This document shows, piece after piece, positions 1-13,100 of a stretch of DNA of 64,000 nt. A model generated the notes under the pieces. That model had not been told where the DNA came from. It saw only the letters and a program-made list of their open reading frames with translations, and searched no databases. Made by a program: the position numbers and the translations under genes. The stretch is from Eledone cirrhosa. Its lineage: Eukaryota. Positions within the stretch are counted from its first letter, which is position 1. Each line of letters opens with the position of its first letter. Location: NCBI GenBank assembly GCA_964016885.1, contig OZ024744.1, positions 17,298,001 to 17,362,000 on the forward strand, given 5' to 3'.

Positions 1-160
1 AGGTTGATACTCATTGCTGACCTGTACACCATCAGACATTGACGACAGGTTGATACTCATTGCTGACCTGTACACCATCAGATACTGACGACAAGTTGAT
101 TCTCATTGCTCACCTGTACACCATCAGATATTGACGACAGGTTGGTACTCATTGCTGACC

Positions 161-3100
161 TGACACCATCAGATACTGACGACAGGTTGATACACATTGC
201 TGACCTGATAACCATCAGACATTGACGACAGGTTGATACTCATTGCTGACCTGTACACCATCAGGTATTGACGACAGGTTGATACTCATTGCTGACCTGT
301 ACACCATCAGACATTGACGGCAGGTTGATACTCATTGCTGACCAGTACACCATCAGGTATTGACGACAGGTTGATACTCATTGCTTACCTGTACACCATC
401 AGGTACAGATGACAGGTTGATACACATTGCAGACATGTACACCATCATGTATTGACGGCAGGTTGATATTCATTGCTGACCTGTACACCATCAGACATTG
501 ACGGCAGGTTGATACACATTGCTGACCTGTACACCATCAGGTATTGACGACAGGTTGGTGCTCATTGTTGACCTGTACACCATCAGATACTGACGACAAG
601 TTGATTCTCATTGCTCACCTGTACACCATCAGATATTGACGACAGGTTGGTACTCATTGCTCACCTGTACACCATCAGATACTGACGACAGGTTGATACT
701 CATTGCTGACCTGATAACCATCAGACATTGACGGCATTTTGATACTCATTGCTGACCTGTACACCATCAAACATTGACGACAGGTTGATACTCGTTGCTG
801 ATCTGTACACCATCAGATACTGACGACAGGTTGATACTCATTGCTGACCTGTACACCATCAGACATTGACGGCAGGTTGATACTCATTGCTGACATGTAC
901 ACCATCAGACATTGACGGCAGGTTGATACTCATTGCTGACCTGTACACCATCAGTTATTGACGACAGGTTGATACTCATTGCTGACCTGTACACCATCAG
1001 GTATTGACGACAGGTTGGTACTCATTGTTGACCTGTACACCATCAGATACTGACGACAAGTTGATTCTCATTGCTCACCTGTACACCATCAGATATTGAC
1101 GACAGGTTGGTACTCATTGCTGACCTGTACACCATCAGATACTGACGACAGGTTGATACTCATTGCTGATCTGATAACCATCAGACATTGACGACAGGTT
1201 GATACTCATTGCCGACCTGTACACCATCAGGTATTGACGACAGGTTGATACTCATTGCTGACCTGTACACCATCAGACATTGACGGCAGGTTGATACTCA
1301 TTGCTGACCAGTACACCATCAGGTATTGACGACAGGTTGATACTCATTGCTGACCTGTACACCATCAGACATTGACGGCAGATTGATACTCATTGCTGAC
1401 CTGTACACCATCAGGTATTGACGACAGGTTGATACTCGTTGCTGATCTGTACACCATCAGATACTGACGACAGGTTGATACTCATTGCTGACCTGTACAC
1501 CATCAGACATTGACGGCAGGTTGATACTCATTGCTGACCTGTACACCATCAGACATTGACGGCAGGTTGATACTCATTGCTGACCTGTACACCATCAGTT
1601 ATTGACGACAGGTTGATACTCATTGCTGACCTGTAAACCATCAGATATTGACGGCATGTTGATACTCATTGCTAACCTGTACACCATCAGACATTGACGG
1701 CAGGTAGATACTCATTGCTGACCTGTACACCATCAGACATTGACGGTAGGTTGATACTCATTGCTCTCCTGTACACCATCAGGTATTGACGACATGTTGG
1801 TACTCATTGTTGACCTGTACACCATCAGATACTGACGACAAGTTGATTCTCATTGCTCACCTGTACACCATCAGATATTGACGACAGGTTGGTACTCATT
1901 GCTGACCTGACACCATCAGATACTGACGACAGGTTGATACACATTGCTGACCTGATAACCATCAGACATTGACGACAGGTTGATACTCATTGCTGACCTG
2001 TACACCATCAGGTATTGACGACAGGTTGATACTCATTGCTGACCTGTACACCATCAGACATTGACGGCAGGTTGATACTCATTGCTGACCAGTACACCAT
2101 CAGGTATTGACGACAGGTTGATACTCATTGCTTACCTGTACACCATCAGGTACAGATGACAGGTTGATACACATTGCAGACATGTACACCATCAGGTATT
2201 GACGGCAGGTTGATATTCATTGCTGACCTGTACACCATCAGCCATTGACGGCAGGTTGGTACTCATTGCTGACCTGTACACCATCAGACATTGACGGCAG
2301 GTTGATACTCATTGCTGACCTGTACACCATCAGGTATTGACGACAGGTTGGTGCTCATTGTTGACCTGTACACCATCAGATACTGACGACAAGTTGATAC
2401 TCATTGCTGACATGTACACCATCAGATATTGACGACAGGTTGGTACTCATTGCTCACCTGTACACCATCAGATACTGACGACAGGTTGATACTCATTGCT
2501 GACCTGATAACCATCAGACATTGACGGCATTTTGATACTCATTGCTGACCTGTACACCATCAAACATTGACGACAGGTTGATACTCGTTGCTGATCTGTA
2601 CACCATCAGATACTGACGACAGGTTGATACTCATTGCTGACCTGTACACCATCAGACATTGACGGCAGGTTGATACTCATTGCTGACATGTACACCATCA
2701 GACATTGACGGCAGGTTGATACTCATTGCTGACCTGTACACCATCAGTTATTGACGACAGGTTGATACTCATTGCTGACCTGTACACCATCAGGTATTGA
2801 CGACAGGTTGGTACTCATTGTTGACCTGTACACCATCAGATACTGACGACAAGTTGATTCTCATTGCTCACCTGTACACCATCAGATATTGACGACAGGT
2901 TGGTACTCATTGCTGACCTGTACACCATCAGATACTGACGACAGGTTGATACTCATTGCTGATCTGATAACCATCAGACATTGACGACAGGTTGATACTC
3001 ATTGCCGACCTGTACACCATCAGGTATTGACGACAGGTATATACTCATTGCTGACCTGTACACCATCAGACATTGACGGCAGGTTGATACTCATTGCTGA

Positions 3101-6100
3101 CCAGTACACCATCAGGTATTGACGACAGGTTGATACTCATTGCTGACCTGTACACCATCAGACATTGACGGCAGATTGATACTCATTGCTGACCTGTACA
3201 CCATCAGGTATTGACGACAGGTTGATACTCGTTGCTGATCTGTACACCATCAGATACTGACGACAGGTTGATACTCATTGCTGACCTGTACACCATCAGA
3301 CATTGACGGCAGGTTGATACTCATTGCTGACCTGTACACCATCAGACATTGACGGCAGGTTGATACTCATTGCTGACCTGTACACCATCAGTTATTGACG
3401 ACAGGTTGATACTCATTGCTGACCTGTAAACCATCAGATATTGACGGCAGGTTGATACTCATTGCTAACCTGTACACCATCAGACATTGACGGCAGGTAG
3501 ATACTCATTGCTGACCTGTACACCATCAGACATTGACGGTAGGTTGATACTCATTGCTCTCCTGTACACCATCAGGTATTGACGACATGTTGGTACTCAT
3601 TGTTGACCTGTACACCATCAGATACTGACGACAAGTTGATTCTCATTGCTCACCTGTACACCATCAGATATTGACGACAGGTTGGTACTCATTGCTGACC
3701 TGACACCATCAGATACTGACGACAGGTTGATACACATTGCTGACCTGATAACCATCAGACATTGACGACAGGTTGATACTCATTGCTGACCTGTACACCA
3801 TCAGGTATTGACGACAGGTTGATACTCATTGCTGACCTGTACACCATCAGACATTGACGGCAGGTTGATACTCATTGCTGACCAGTACACCATCAGGTAT
3901 TGACGACAGGTTGATACTCATTGCTTACCTGTACACCATCAGGTACAGATGACAGGTTGATACACATTGCAGACATGTACACCATCAGGTATTGACGGCA
4001 GGTTGATATTCATTGCTGACCTGTACACCATCAGCCATTGACGGCAGGTTGGTACTCATTGCTGACCTGTACACCATCAGACATTGACGGCAGGTTGATA
4101 CTCATTGCTGACCTGTACACCATCAGGTATTGACGACAGGTTGGTGCTCATTGTTGACCTGTACACCATCAGATACTGACGACAAGTTGATACTCATTGC
4201 TGACATGTACACCATCAGATATTGACGACAGGTTGGTACTCATTGCTCACCTGTACACCATCAGATACTGACGACAGGTTGATACTCATTGCTGACCTGA
4301 TAACCATCAGACATTGACGGCATTTTGATACTCATTGCTGACCTGTACACCATCAAACATTGACGACAGGTTGATACTCGTTGCTGATCTGTACACCATC
4401 AGATACTGACGACAGGTTGATACTCATTGCTGACCTGTACACCATCAGACATTGACGGCAGGTTGATACTCATTGCTGACATGTACACCATCAGACATTG
4501 ACGGCAGGTTGATACTCATTGCTGACCTGTACACCATCAGTTATTGACGACAGGTTGATACTCATTGCTGACCTGTACACCATCAGGTATTGACGACAGG
4601 TTGGTACTCATTGTTGACCTGTACACCATCAGATACTGACGACAAGTTGATTCTCATTGCTCACCTGTACACCATCAGATATTGACGACAGGTTGGTACT
4701 CATTGCTGACCTGTACACCATCAGATACTGACGACAGGTTGATACTCATTGCTGATCTGATAACCATCAGACATTGACGACAGGTTGATACTCATTGCCG
4801 ACCTGTACACCATCAGGTATTGACGACAGGTTGATACTCATTGCTGACCTGTACACCATCAGACATTGACGGCAGGTTGATACTCATTGCTGACCAGTAC
4901 ACCATCAGGTATTGACGACAGGTTGATACTCATTGCTGACCTGTACACCATCAGACATTGACGGCAGATTGATACTCATTGCTGACCTGTACACCATCAG
5001 GTATTGACGACAGGTTGATACTCATTGCTTACCTGTACACCATCAGGTACAGATGACAGGTTGATACACATTGCAGACCTGTACACTACAGGTATTGACG
5101 CCAGGTTGATATTCATTGCTTACCTGTACACCATCAGCCATTGACGGCAGGTTGGTACTCATTGCTGACCTGTACACCATCAGACATTGACGGCAGGTTG
5201 ATACTCATTGCTGACCTGTACACCATCAGGTATTGACGACAGGTTGGTACTCATTGTTGACCTGTAAACCATCAGATACTGACGACAAGTTCATACTCAT
5301 TGCTGACATGTACACCATCAGATATTGACGACAGGTAGATACTCATTGCTGACCTGTACACCATCAGACATTGACGGTAGGTTGATACTCATTGCTGACC
5401 TGTACACCATCAGGTATTGACGACATGTTGGTACTCATTGTTGACCTGTACAACATCAGATACTGACGACAAGTTGATTCTCATTGCTCACCTGTACACC
5501 ATCAGATATTGACGACAGGTTGGTACTCATTGCTGACCTGACACCATCAGATACTGACGACAGGTTGATACACATTGCTGACCTGATAACCATCAGACAT
5601 TGACGACAGGTTGATACTCATTGCTGACCTGTACACCATCAGGTATTGACGACAGGTTGATACTCATTGCTGACCTGTACACCATCAGACATTGACGGCA
5701 GGTTGATACTCATTGCTGACCAGTACACCATCAGGTATTGACGACAGGTTGATACTCATTGCTTACCTGTACACCATCAGGTACAGATGACAGGTTGATA
5801 CACATTGCAGACCTGTACACCATCAGGTATTGACGGCAGGTTGATATTCATTGCTGACCTGTACACCATCAGCCATTGACGGCAGGTTGGTACTCATTGC
5901 TGACCTGTACACCATCAGACATTGACGGCAGGTTGATACTCATTGCTGACCTGTACACCATCAGGTATTGACGACAGGTTGGTGCTCATTGTTGACCTGT
6001 ACACCATCAGATACTGACGACAAGTTGATACTCATTGCTGACATGTACACCATCAGATATTGACGACAGGTTGGTACTCATTGCTCACCTGTACACCATC

Positions 6101-7150
6101 AGATACTGACGACAGGTTGATACTCATTGCTGACCTGATAACCATCAGACATTGACGGCATTTTGATACTCATTGCTGACCTGTACACCATCAAACATTG
6201 ACGACAGGTTGATACTCGTTGCTGATCTGTACACCATCAGATACTGACGACAGGTTGATACTCATTGCTGAACTGTACACCATCAGACATTGACGGCAGG
6301 CTGATACTCATTGCTGACATGTACACCATCAGACATTGACGGCAGGTTGATACTCATTGCTGACCTGTACACCATCAGTTATTGACGACAGGTTGATACT
6401 CATTGCTGACCTGTACACCATCAGGTATTGACGACAGGTTGGTACTCATTGTTGACATGTACACCATCAGATACTGACGACAAGTTGATTCTCATTGCTC
6501 ACCTGTACACCATCAGATATTGACGACAGGTTGGTACTCATTGCTGACCTGTACACCATCAGATACTGACGACAAGTTGATACTCATTGCTGATCTGATA
6601 ACCATCAGACATTGACGACAGGTTGATACACATTGCCGACCTGTACACCATCAGGTATTGACGACAGTTGATACTCATTGCTGACCTGTACACCATCAGA
6701 CATTGACGGCAGGTTGATACTCATTGCTGACCAGTACACCATCAGGTATTGACGACAGGTTGATACTCATTGCTGACCTGTACACCATCAGACATTGACG
6801 GCAGATTGATACTCATTGATGACCTGTACACCAGCAGGTATTGACGACAGGTTGATACTCATTGCTTACCTGTACACCATCAGGTACAGATGACAGGTTG
6901 ATACACATTGCAGACCTGTACACTACAGGTATTGACGCCAGGTTGATATTCATTACTTACCTGTACACCATCAGCCATTGACGGCAAGTTGGTACTCATT
7001 GCTGACCTGTACACCATCAGACATTGACGGCAGGTTGATACTCATTGCTGACCTGTACACCATCAGGTATTGACGACAGGTTGGTACTCATTGTTGACCT
7101 GTAAACCATCAGATACTGACGACAAGTTTATACTCATTGCTGACATGTAC
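161..7150. repeat. Higher-order repeat of 38-40 monomers (1747-1838 bp), about 4 copies
   Basis: The 1-nt deletion marker ACCTGACACC (TG at 161, 1908, 3701, 5539) gives spacings of 1747 (38x46-1), 1793 (39x46-1) and 1838 (40x46-2). Other private variants (GGTACAGATGAC, GGCATTTTGAT, TTGCCGACC) recur in the same order. Confidence 0.9.
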
Positions 7151-10100
7151 ACCATCAGATATTGACGACAGGTTGGTACTCATTGCTGACCTGTACACCA
7201 TCAGATACTGACGACAGGTTGATACTCATTGATGACCTGTACACCATCAGACACTGACGACAGGTTGATACTCATTGCTGACCTGTCCACCATCAGACAT
7301 TGACGGCAGGTTGATACACATTGCTGACCTGCACACCATCAGACATTGACGACAGGTTGATACTCATTGCTGACCTGTACACCATCAGTTATTGACGACA
7401 GGTTGATACTCATTGCTGACCTGTACACCATTAGATATTGACGGCAGGTTGATACTCATTGCTGACCTGTACACCATCAGACATTGACGGCAGGTTGATA
7501 CTCATTGCTGACCTGTACACCATCAGACATTGACGACAGGTTGATACTCATTGCTGACCTGTACACCATCAGTTATTGACGACAGGTGATACTCATTGTT
7601 GACCTGTACACCATCAGATACTGACGACAAGTTGATACTCATTGCTCACCTGTACACCATCAGATATTGACGACAGGTTGGTACTCATTGCTGACCTGTA
7701 CACTATCAGATACTGACGACAGGTTGATACTCATTGCTCACCTGATAACCATCAGACATTGACGGCATTTTGATACTCATTGCTGACTGTACACCATCAG
7801 ACTTTGACGACAGGTTGATACTCGTTGCTGATCTGTACACCATCAGATACTGACGACAGGTTGATACTCATTGCTGACCTGTACACCATCAGACATTGAC
7901 GGCAGGTTGATACTCATTGCTGACCTGTACACCATCAGACATTGACGGCAGGTTGATACTCATTGCTGACCTGTACACCATCAGTTATTGACGACAGGTT
8001 GATACTCATTGCTGACCTGTACACCATCAGATATTGACGGCAGGTTGATACTCATTGCTAACCTGTACACCATCAGACATTGACGGCAGGTAGATACTCA
8101 TTGCTTACCTGTACACCATCAGACATTGACGGTAGGTTGATACTCATTGCTGACCTGTACACCATCAGGTATTGACGACATGTTGGTACTCATTGTTGAC
8201 CTGTACACCATCAGATACTGACGACAAGTTGATTCTCATTGCTCACCTGTACACCATCAGATATTGACGACAGGTTGGTACTCATTGCTGACCTGACACC
8301 ATCAGATACTGACGACAGGTTGATACACATTGCTGACCTGATAACCATCAGACATTGACGACAGGTTGATACTCATTGCTGACCTGTACACCATCAGGTA
8401 TTGACGACAGGTTGATACTCATTGCTGACCTGTACACCATCAGACATTGACGGCAGGTTGATACTCATTGCTGACCAGTACACCATCAGGTATTGACGAC
8501 AGGTTGATACTCATTGCTTACCTGTACACCATCAGGTACAAATGACAGGTTGATACACATTGCAGACCTGTACACCATCAGGTATTGACGGCAGGTTGAT
8601 ATTCATTGCTGACCTGTACACCATCAGCCATTGACGGCAGGTTGGTACTCATTGCTGACCTGTACACCATCAGACATTGACGGCAGGTTGATACTCATTG
8701 CTGACCTGTACACCATCAGGTATTGACGACAGGTTGGTGCTCATTGTTGACCTGTACACCATCAGATACTGACGACAAGTTGATACTCATTGCTGACATG
8801 TACACCATCAGATATTGACGACAGGTTGGTACTCATTGCTGACCTGTACACCATCAGATACTGACGACAGGTTGATACTCATTGCTGACCTGTACACCAT
8901 CAGACACTGACGACAGGTTGATACTCATTGCTGACCTGTCCACCATCAGACATTGACGGCAGGTTGATACACATTGCTGACCTGTACACCATCAGACATT
9001 GACGACAGGTTGATACTCATTGCTGACCTGTACACCATCAGGTATTGACGACAGGTTGATACTCATTGCTGACCTGTACACCATCAGACATTGACGGCAG
9101 GTTGATACTCATTGCTGACCTGTACACCATCAGGTATTGACGACAGGTTCATTCTCATTGCTGACTCTTAACCATCAGATACTGACGATCGTTTGATACA
9201 CATTGCTGACCAGTACACCATCAGACATTGATGACAGGTTGATACTCATTGCTGACCTGTACACCATCAGACATTGACGACAGGTTGCTACTCATTGCTG
9301 ACCTGTACACCATCAGGTATTGACTGCAGGTTGATACTCGTTGCTGATCTGTACACCATAAGATTTTTGACGGCAGGTTGATACTCATTGCTGACCTGTA
9401 CACCATCAGACATTGACGACAGGTTGATACTCATTGCTGACCTGTACACCATCAGATACCGACGACAGGTTGATACTCATTTCTGACCTGTACACCATCA
9501 GACATTGACGGCAGGTTGATACTCATTGCTGACCTGTACACCATCAGACATTGACGACAGGTTGATACTCATTGCTGACCTGTACACCATCAGGTATTGA
9601 CGACAGGTTGATACTCATTGCTGACCTGTACACCATCATTTATTGACGACAGGTTGATACTCATTGCTGACCTGTACACCATCAGATATTGTCGGCAGGT
9701 TGATACTCATTGCTGACCTGTACACCATCAGGTACAGATGACAGGTTGATACACATTGCAGACCTGTACACCATCAGGTATTGACGGCAGGTTGATATTC
9801 ATTGCTGACCTGTACACCATCAGACATTGACGGCAGGTTGGTACTCATTGCTGACCTGTACACCATCAGACATTGACGGCAGGTTGATACTCATTGCTGA
9901 CCTGTACACCATCAGGTATTGACGACAGGTTGGTGCTCATTGTTGACCTGTACACCATCAGATACTGACGACAAGTTGATACTCATTGCTGACATGTACA
10001 CCATCAGATATTGACGACAGGTTGGTACTCATTGCTCACCTGTACACCATCAGATACTGACGACAGGTTGATACTCATTGCTGACCTGATAACCATCAGA

Positions 10101-13100
10101 CATTGACGGCATTTTGATACTCATTGCTGACCTGTACACCATCAAACATTGACGACAGGTTGATACTCGTTGCTGATCTGTACACCATCAGATACTGACG
10201 ACAGGTTGATACTCATTGCTGACCTGTACACCATCAGACATTGAGGGCAGGCTGATACTCATTGCTGCCATGTACACCATCAGACATTGACGGCAGGTTG
10301 ATACTCATTGCTGACCTGTACACCATCAGTTATTGACGACAGGTTGATACTCATTGCTGACCTGTACACCATCAGGTATTGACGACAGGTTGGTACTCAT
10401 TGTTGACCTGTACACCATCAGATACTGACGACAAGTTGATTCTCATTGCTCACCTGTACACCATCAGATATTGACGACAGGTTGGTACTCATTGCTGACC
10501 TGTACACCATCAGATACTGACGACAAGTTGATACTCATTGCTGATCTGATAACCATCAGACATTGACGACAGGTTGATACTCATTGCCGACCTGTACACC
10601 ATCAGGTATTGACGACAGTTGATACTCATTGCTGACCTGTACACCATCAGACATTGACGGCAGGTTGATACTCATTGCTGACCAGTACACCATCAGGTAT
10701 TGACGACAGGTTGATACTCATTGCTGACCTGTACACCATCAGACATTGACGGCAGATTGATACTCATTGCTGACCTGTACACCATCAGGTATTGACGACA
10801 GGTTGATACTCATTGCTTACCTGTACACCATCAGGTACAGATGACAGGTTGATACACATTGCAGACCTGTACACTACAGGTATTGACGCCAGGTTGATAT
10901 TCATTACTTACCTGTACACCATCAGCCATTGACGGCAAGTTGGTACTCATTGCTGACCTGTACACCATCAGACATTGACGGCAGGTTGATACTCATTGCT
11001 GACCTGTACACCATCAGGTATTGACGACAGGTTGGTACTCATTGTTGACCTGTAAACCATCAGATACTGACGACAAGTTTATACTCATTGCTGACATGTA
11101 CACCATCAGATATTGACGACAGGTTGGTACTCATTGCTGACCTGTACACCATCAGATACTGACGACAGGTTGATACTCATTGCTGACCTGTACACCATCA
11201 GACACTGACGACAGGTTGATACTCATTGCTGACCTGTCCACCATCAGACATTGACGGCCGGTTGATACACATTGCTGACCTGTACACCATCAGACATTGA
11301 CGACAGGTTGATACTCATTGCTGACCTGTACACCATCAGTTATTGACGACAGGTTGATACTCATTGCTGACCTGTACACCATCAGATATTGACGGCAGGT
11401 TGATACTCATTGCTGACCTGTACACCATCAGACATTGACGGCAGGTTGATACTCATTGCTGACCTGTACACCATCAGACATTGACGACAGGTTGATACTC
11501 ATTGCTGACCTGTACACCATCAGTTATTGACGACAGGTGATACTCATTGTTGACCTGTACACCATCAGATACTGACGACAAGTTGATACTCATTGCTCAC
11601 ATGTACACCATCAGATATTGACGACAGGTTGGTACTCATTGCTGACCTGTACACTATCAGATACTGACGACAGGTTGATACTCATTGCTGACCTGATAAC
11701 CATCAGACATTGACGGCATTTTGATACTCATTGCTGACCTGTACACCATCAGACATTGACGACAGGTTGATACTCGTTGCTGATCTGTACACCATCAGAT
11801 ACTGACGACAGGTTGATACTCATTGCTGACCTGTACACTACAGGTATTGACGCCAGGTTGATATTCATTACTTACCTGTACACCATCAGCCATTGACGGC
11901 AAGTTGGTACTCATTGCTGACCTGTACACCATCAGACATTGACGGCAGGTTGATACTCATTGCTGACCTGTACACCATCAGGTATTGACGACAGGTTGGT
12001 ACTCATTGTTGACCTGTAAACCATCAGATACTGACGACAAGTTTATACTCATTGCTGACATGTACACCATCAGATATTGACGACAGGTTGGTACTCATTG
12101 CTGACCTGTACACCATCAGTTATTGACGACAGGTTGATACTCATTGCTGACCTGTACACCATCAGATATTGACGGCAGGTTGATACTCATTGCTAACTTG
12201 TACACCATCAGACATTGACGGCAGGTAGATACTCATTGCTTACCTGTACACCATCAGACATTGACGGTAGGTTGATACTCATTGCTGACCTGTACACCAT
12301 CAGGTATTGACGACATGTTGGTACTCATTGTTGACCTGTACACCATCAGATACTGACGACAAGTTGATTCTCATTGCTCACCTGTACACCATCAGATATT
12401 GACGACAGGTTGGTACTCATTGCTGACCTGACACCATCAGATACTGACGACAGGTTGATACACATTGCTGACCTGATAACCATCAGACATTGACGACAGG
12501 TTGATACTCATTGCTGACCTGTACACCATCAGGTATTGACGACAGGTTGATACTCATTGCTGACCTGTACACCATCAGACATTGACGGCAGGTTGATACT
12601 CATTGCTGACCAGTACACCATCAGGTATTGACGACAGGTTGATACTCATTGCTTACCTGTACACCATCAGGTACAGATGACAGGTTGATACACATTGCAG
12701 ACCTGTACACCATCAGGTATTGACGGCAGGTTGATATTCATTGCTGACCTGTACACCATCAGCCATTGACGGCAGGTTGGTACTCATTGCTGACCTGTAC
12801 ACCATCAGACATTGACGGCAGGTTGATACTCATTGCTGACCTGTACACCATCAGGTATTGACGACAGGTTGGTGCTCATTGTTGACCTGTACACCATCAG
12901 ATACTGACGACAAGTTGATACTCATTGCTGACATGTACACCATCAGATATTGACGACAGTTTGGTACTCATTGCTGACCTGTACACCATCAGATACTGAC
13001 GACAGGTTGATACTCATTGCTGACCTGTACACCATCAGACACTGACGACAGGTTGATACTCATTGCTGACCTGTCCACCATCAGACATTGACGGCAGGTT

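Noticed and set aside
22-40. Resemblance of minus-strand ATGTCTGATGGTGTAC to Candida/Kluyveromyces-type telomere repeat cores (TGGTGTAC)
   Set aside because: The match is only about 8 bp. A 46-bp unit, an array of at least 64 kb, weak strand G-skew and inherited multi-kb variant patterns do not fit telomerase synthesis. A subtelomeric location cannot be excluded.
22-41. Hammerhead ribozyme as in newt, schistosome or cricket satellites (minus strand reads CTGATGG)
   Set aside because: The core requires CUGANGA and GAAA with three stems. The consensus has CUGAUGG and no GAAA.
1-46. Integron attC-like or other recombinase site array, or iterons
   Set aside because: There is no GTTRRRY/RYYYAAC pair (GTTGATA fails the consensus), no cassettes between repeats, and no recombinase or Rep gene.
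39-70. Sigma70 -35-like TTGACG or TTGATA in each monomer
   Set aside because: There is no -10 hexamer at 16-18 bp spacing and nothing downstream to transcribe.
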